DNA of 64,000 bases. Source: Alkalispirochaeta sp. Lineage in GTDB: Bacteria > Spirochaetota > Spirochaetia > DSM-27196 > Alkalispirochaetaceae. The stretch covers positions 3,232,001 to 3,296,000 of the forward strand of contig OZ271854.1 in assembly GCA_965601925.1 (NCBI GenBank), written 5' to 3'. Position numbers and translations under genes: made by a program. Of the stretch, positions 62,220-64,000 are shown one piece after another; position 1 is the stretch's first letter, and each line of letters starts with the position of its first letter. The notes under the pieces are model-generated. The model saw only the letters and a program-made list of their open reading frames with translations, was not told the DNA's origin and searched no databases.

Positions 62220-63098
62220 TCAGGCGATATCGTAGCGCGAGAGGAGTGCGTCGACGACCGCCCTGTTTTCGTCTGAAAGGGGCGTCATGGGCAGGCGATA
62301 CACCTCTTCGCAGTACCCCGCACGGTGTAACATGTACTTAATCGGCACCGGATTCGTGTCAAGAGACAGAATGGCTCGAAAGAGCGGCAGTAGCTCGAAA
62401 TGCACGGTACGGGCAAGCGCAAGTTCGCCTTTCAACACACCGTCGACGACCGATACCATCTTGGCGGGTACGAGGTTGCTTGCTACGGAAATGACGCCGC
62501 GCCCGCCCAGCGCGGTAAGCGAGAACGCCAAGTTATCGTCCCCCGACAGCACATCGAACGATTCGGGAAGCTCCGTGAGGACCTCCATCATTTGCGGAAT
62601 GTTGCCGCTGGCCTCCTTGACGGCAACGATGTTGGTGTGCATCGCCATCCGCTTGAGCGTCGCCGTTTCGATGTTTCTGCCCGTTCGCCCCGGAATGTTG
62701 TAAACCACCATCGGCAGATCGACCGCCTCGGCGATGGTCGTGTAATGCCGATACAAACCCTCCTGCGACGGCTTATTATAGTATGGGGCGACCTGTAGAC
62801 TCGCCGATGCGCCGAGCACCTTAGCCTTGCGTGTCATGTCGACCGCCTCGGCCGTGGAGTTGGACCCGGTTCCGGCGATCACAGGAACGCGTCCGGCCGT
62901 CTCGTCGACAACTATTTCAATAACCCGCAGATTCTCCTCGTGGGTAACCGTGGGACTCTCGCCCGTCGTGCCCATCGGCACTAAGCCGGCAACGCCGGCC
63001 TCAATCTGCGCGCGCACTAAGCGGCGCAGCGCCTCCTCGTCGATCGTCTCGTCGCGACGAAAGGGCGTTATCAGCGCCGTATACACTCCTTGAAACAT
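62220..63098 (-). CDS. dapA: 4-hydroxy-tetrahydrodipicolinate synthase
   Basis: GTTGESPT, PYYNKPSQEG, YNIPGRTG, KEASG and SGDD motifs. Confidence 0.97.
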   Translation of the reverse strand: MFQGVYTALITPFRRDETIDEEALRRLVRAQIEAGVAGLVPMGTTGESPTVTHEENLRVIEIVVDETAGRVPVIAGTGSNSTAEAVDMTRKAKVLGASASLQVAPYYNKPSQEGLYRHYTTIAEAVDLPMVVYNIPGRTGRNIETATLKRMAMHTNIVAVKEASGNIPQMMEVLTELPESFDVLSGDDNLAFSLTALGGRGVISVASNLVPAKMVSVVDGVLKGELALARTVHFELLPLFRAILSLDTNPVPIKYMLHRAGYCEEVYRLPMTPLSDENRAVVDALLSRYDIA

Positions 63099-63117
63099 CT
63101 CTTCGCTCCTTCATCCG

Positions 63118-63873
63118 TTACCGAAATAGATCGTCGAAGAACTCGCCGACCGTGTGAACGCCACCCACTCGATCGATCCACTCCGCGGCTTGCACCGCAC
63201 CGCGCGCGAACCCACCTCGGTTACGCGCGCGGTGAGTGATCTCAAGCGTGTCCGCCGGGCCGTCGTAGTATACCGTATGCGTCCCCGGCATAGAGCCGAC
63301 GCGTGCGGCCACCACGTGTAGCTCCTCCGCCTGCGGTGCCCGATGGAGCGTCTCGACGTGAACGGTCGTCTTGGCTCCCCGTGAGAGGACCTCTTCGGCG
63401 ACGGCGAGGGCCGTGCCGCTGGGGCTGTCGCGTTTGTTACGATGGTGGAGTTCGACAACCGCAAGGTCGTAGTCGCCGGCGCGGCGGGCCAAGTCCGTCG
63501 CGTAGCCCGCGATGCGCTTCAGCATCTCGGCGCCGACCGAAAAATTGGCGCCCCATACGAGCCCGATACCGGCCGCCTTTGCCGCGGCCAGTACCGTCGG
63601 TCGCTCGGCGTCCCAGCCCGTGGTGCCGATAACCACCGAACTGCCCACCTCATTGTACACCGCCACATTCTGCGGCGGCCCGGAGGGAAGTGAAAACTCG
63701 ATCGCGATGGTGTCGCCGTCGATGGCACTCGCCTCGGCGGCTGCTCGCACGGTTGGGTAATCGGCCTTAGGAGCCGTCGGATCGATACGGCAGCTTACCG
63801 TGTGCCCCCGTTCCCGTGCGATCGCTTCTATCTCTCGTCCCATGCGGCCATATCCGACGACGGCAATATTCAT
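63118..63873 (-). CDS. dapB: 4-hydroxy-tetrahydrodipicolinate reductase
   Basis: G.GRMG, VIGTTG, ANFSVG, ELHH..K.D.PSGTA and FA.GA motifs. Confidence 0.96.
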   Translation of the reverse strand: MNIAVVGYGRMGREIEAIARERGHTVSCRIDPTAPKADYPTVRAAAEASAIDGDTIAIEFSLPSGPPQNVAVYNEVGSSVVIGTTGWDAERPTVLAAAKAAGIGLVWGANFSVGAEMLKRIAGYATDLARRAGDYDLAVVELHHRNKRDSPSGTALAVAEEVLSRGAKTTVHVETLHRAPQAEELHVVAARVGSMPGTHTVYYDGPADTLEITHRARNRGGFARGAVQAAEWIDRVGGVHTVGEFFDDLFR

Positions 63874-64000
63874 CGCTCACCTCCGTTCATGACGCCGAGC
63901 CCCGTAGCGTCGGAGTACGTGTCAGTCCCCCTGACAGAGCGTGACTGCGGCGGTCGTGACAATATCGTCAACCGAGCACCCCCGGGACAAGTCACTCACC

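Noticed and set aside
63874..64000. Possible lysine riboswitch upstream of dapB-dapA; a small hairpin TGTCAG-N5-CTGACA is present.
   Set aside because: No recognisable L-box consensus segments in the 127 nt available, and the region is cut by the window edge. It needs an Rfam scan with more flank.

Overview
A 64 kb GC-rich bacterial chromosomal window, most likely from a free-living spirochaete (Spirochaetota). This is inferred from the short AlaRS, a FliG paralogue outside a flagellar operon, the 'LFAAGGQE' solute-binding signal peptide and a PilZ-HEAT-comEC-rsmA run. Region 1-12 kb is an accessory stretch of small stress/detox genes (VOC, PfpI, two GNATs, two methyltransferases, a WYL regulator with a hydrolase, and a membrane protein-amine oxidase fusion). 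Region 12-27 kb holds a ChvE-MmsAB sugar ABC transporter, cysE-cysK, two HisKA_2 kinases, an orphan DNA methyltransferase and an ABC-2 exporter. Region 27-64 kb is mostly housekeeping (alaS, arfB, hisZG, rsmD, recG, dnaE, fabZ, accBCDA, ccdA/tlpA, comEC, rsmA, dapAB). It also holds a loaP-capD-degT operon that continues into a degenerate xanthine-dehydrogenase-like trio. The main find is a 58-codon ORF missing from the ORF track (16528-16704) that ends in CLCLCCC-stop directly upstream of cysE-cysK, with RNA pairings that could mask the cysE Shine-Dalgarno (SD) sequence. This is a candidate cysteine-sensing leader-peptide attenuator. Other candidates are an erm-like translational attenuator upstream of a methyltransferase, an ATT-initiated 2Fe-2S gene, several operator-like palindromes and many apparently leaderless genes. 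I saw no rRNA, tRNA, CRISPR array or transposase. All calls are by-eye motif recognition; no searches were run.
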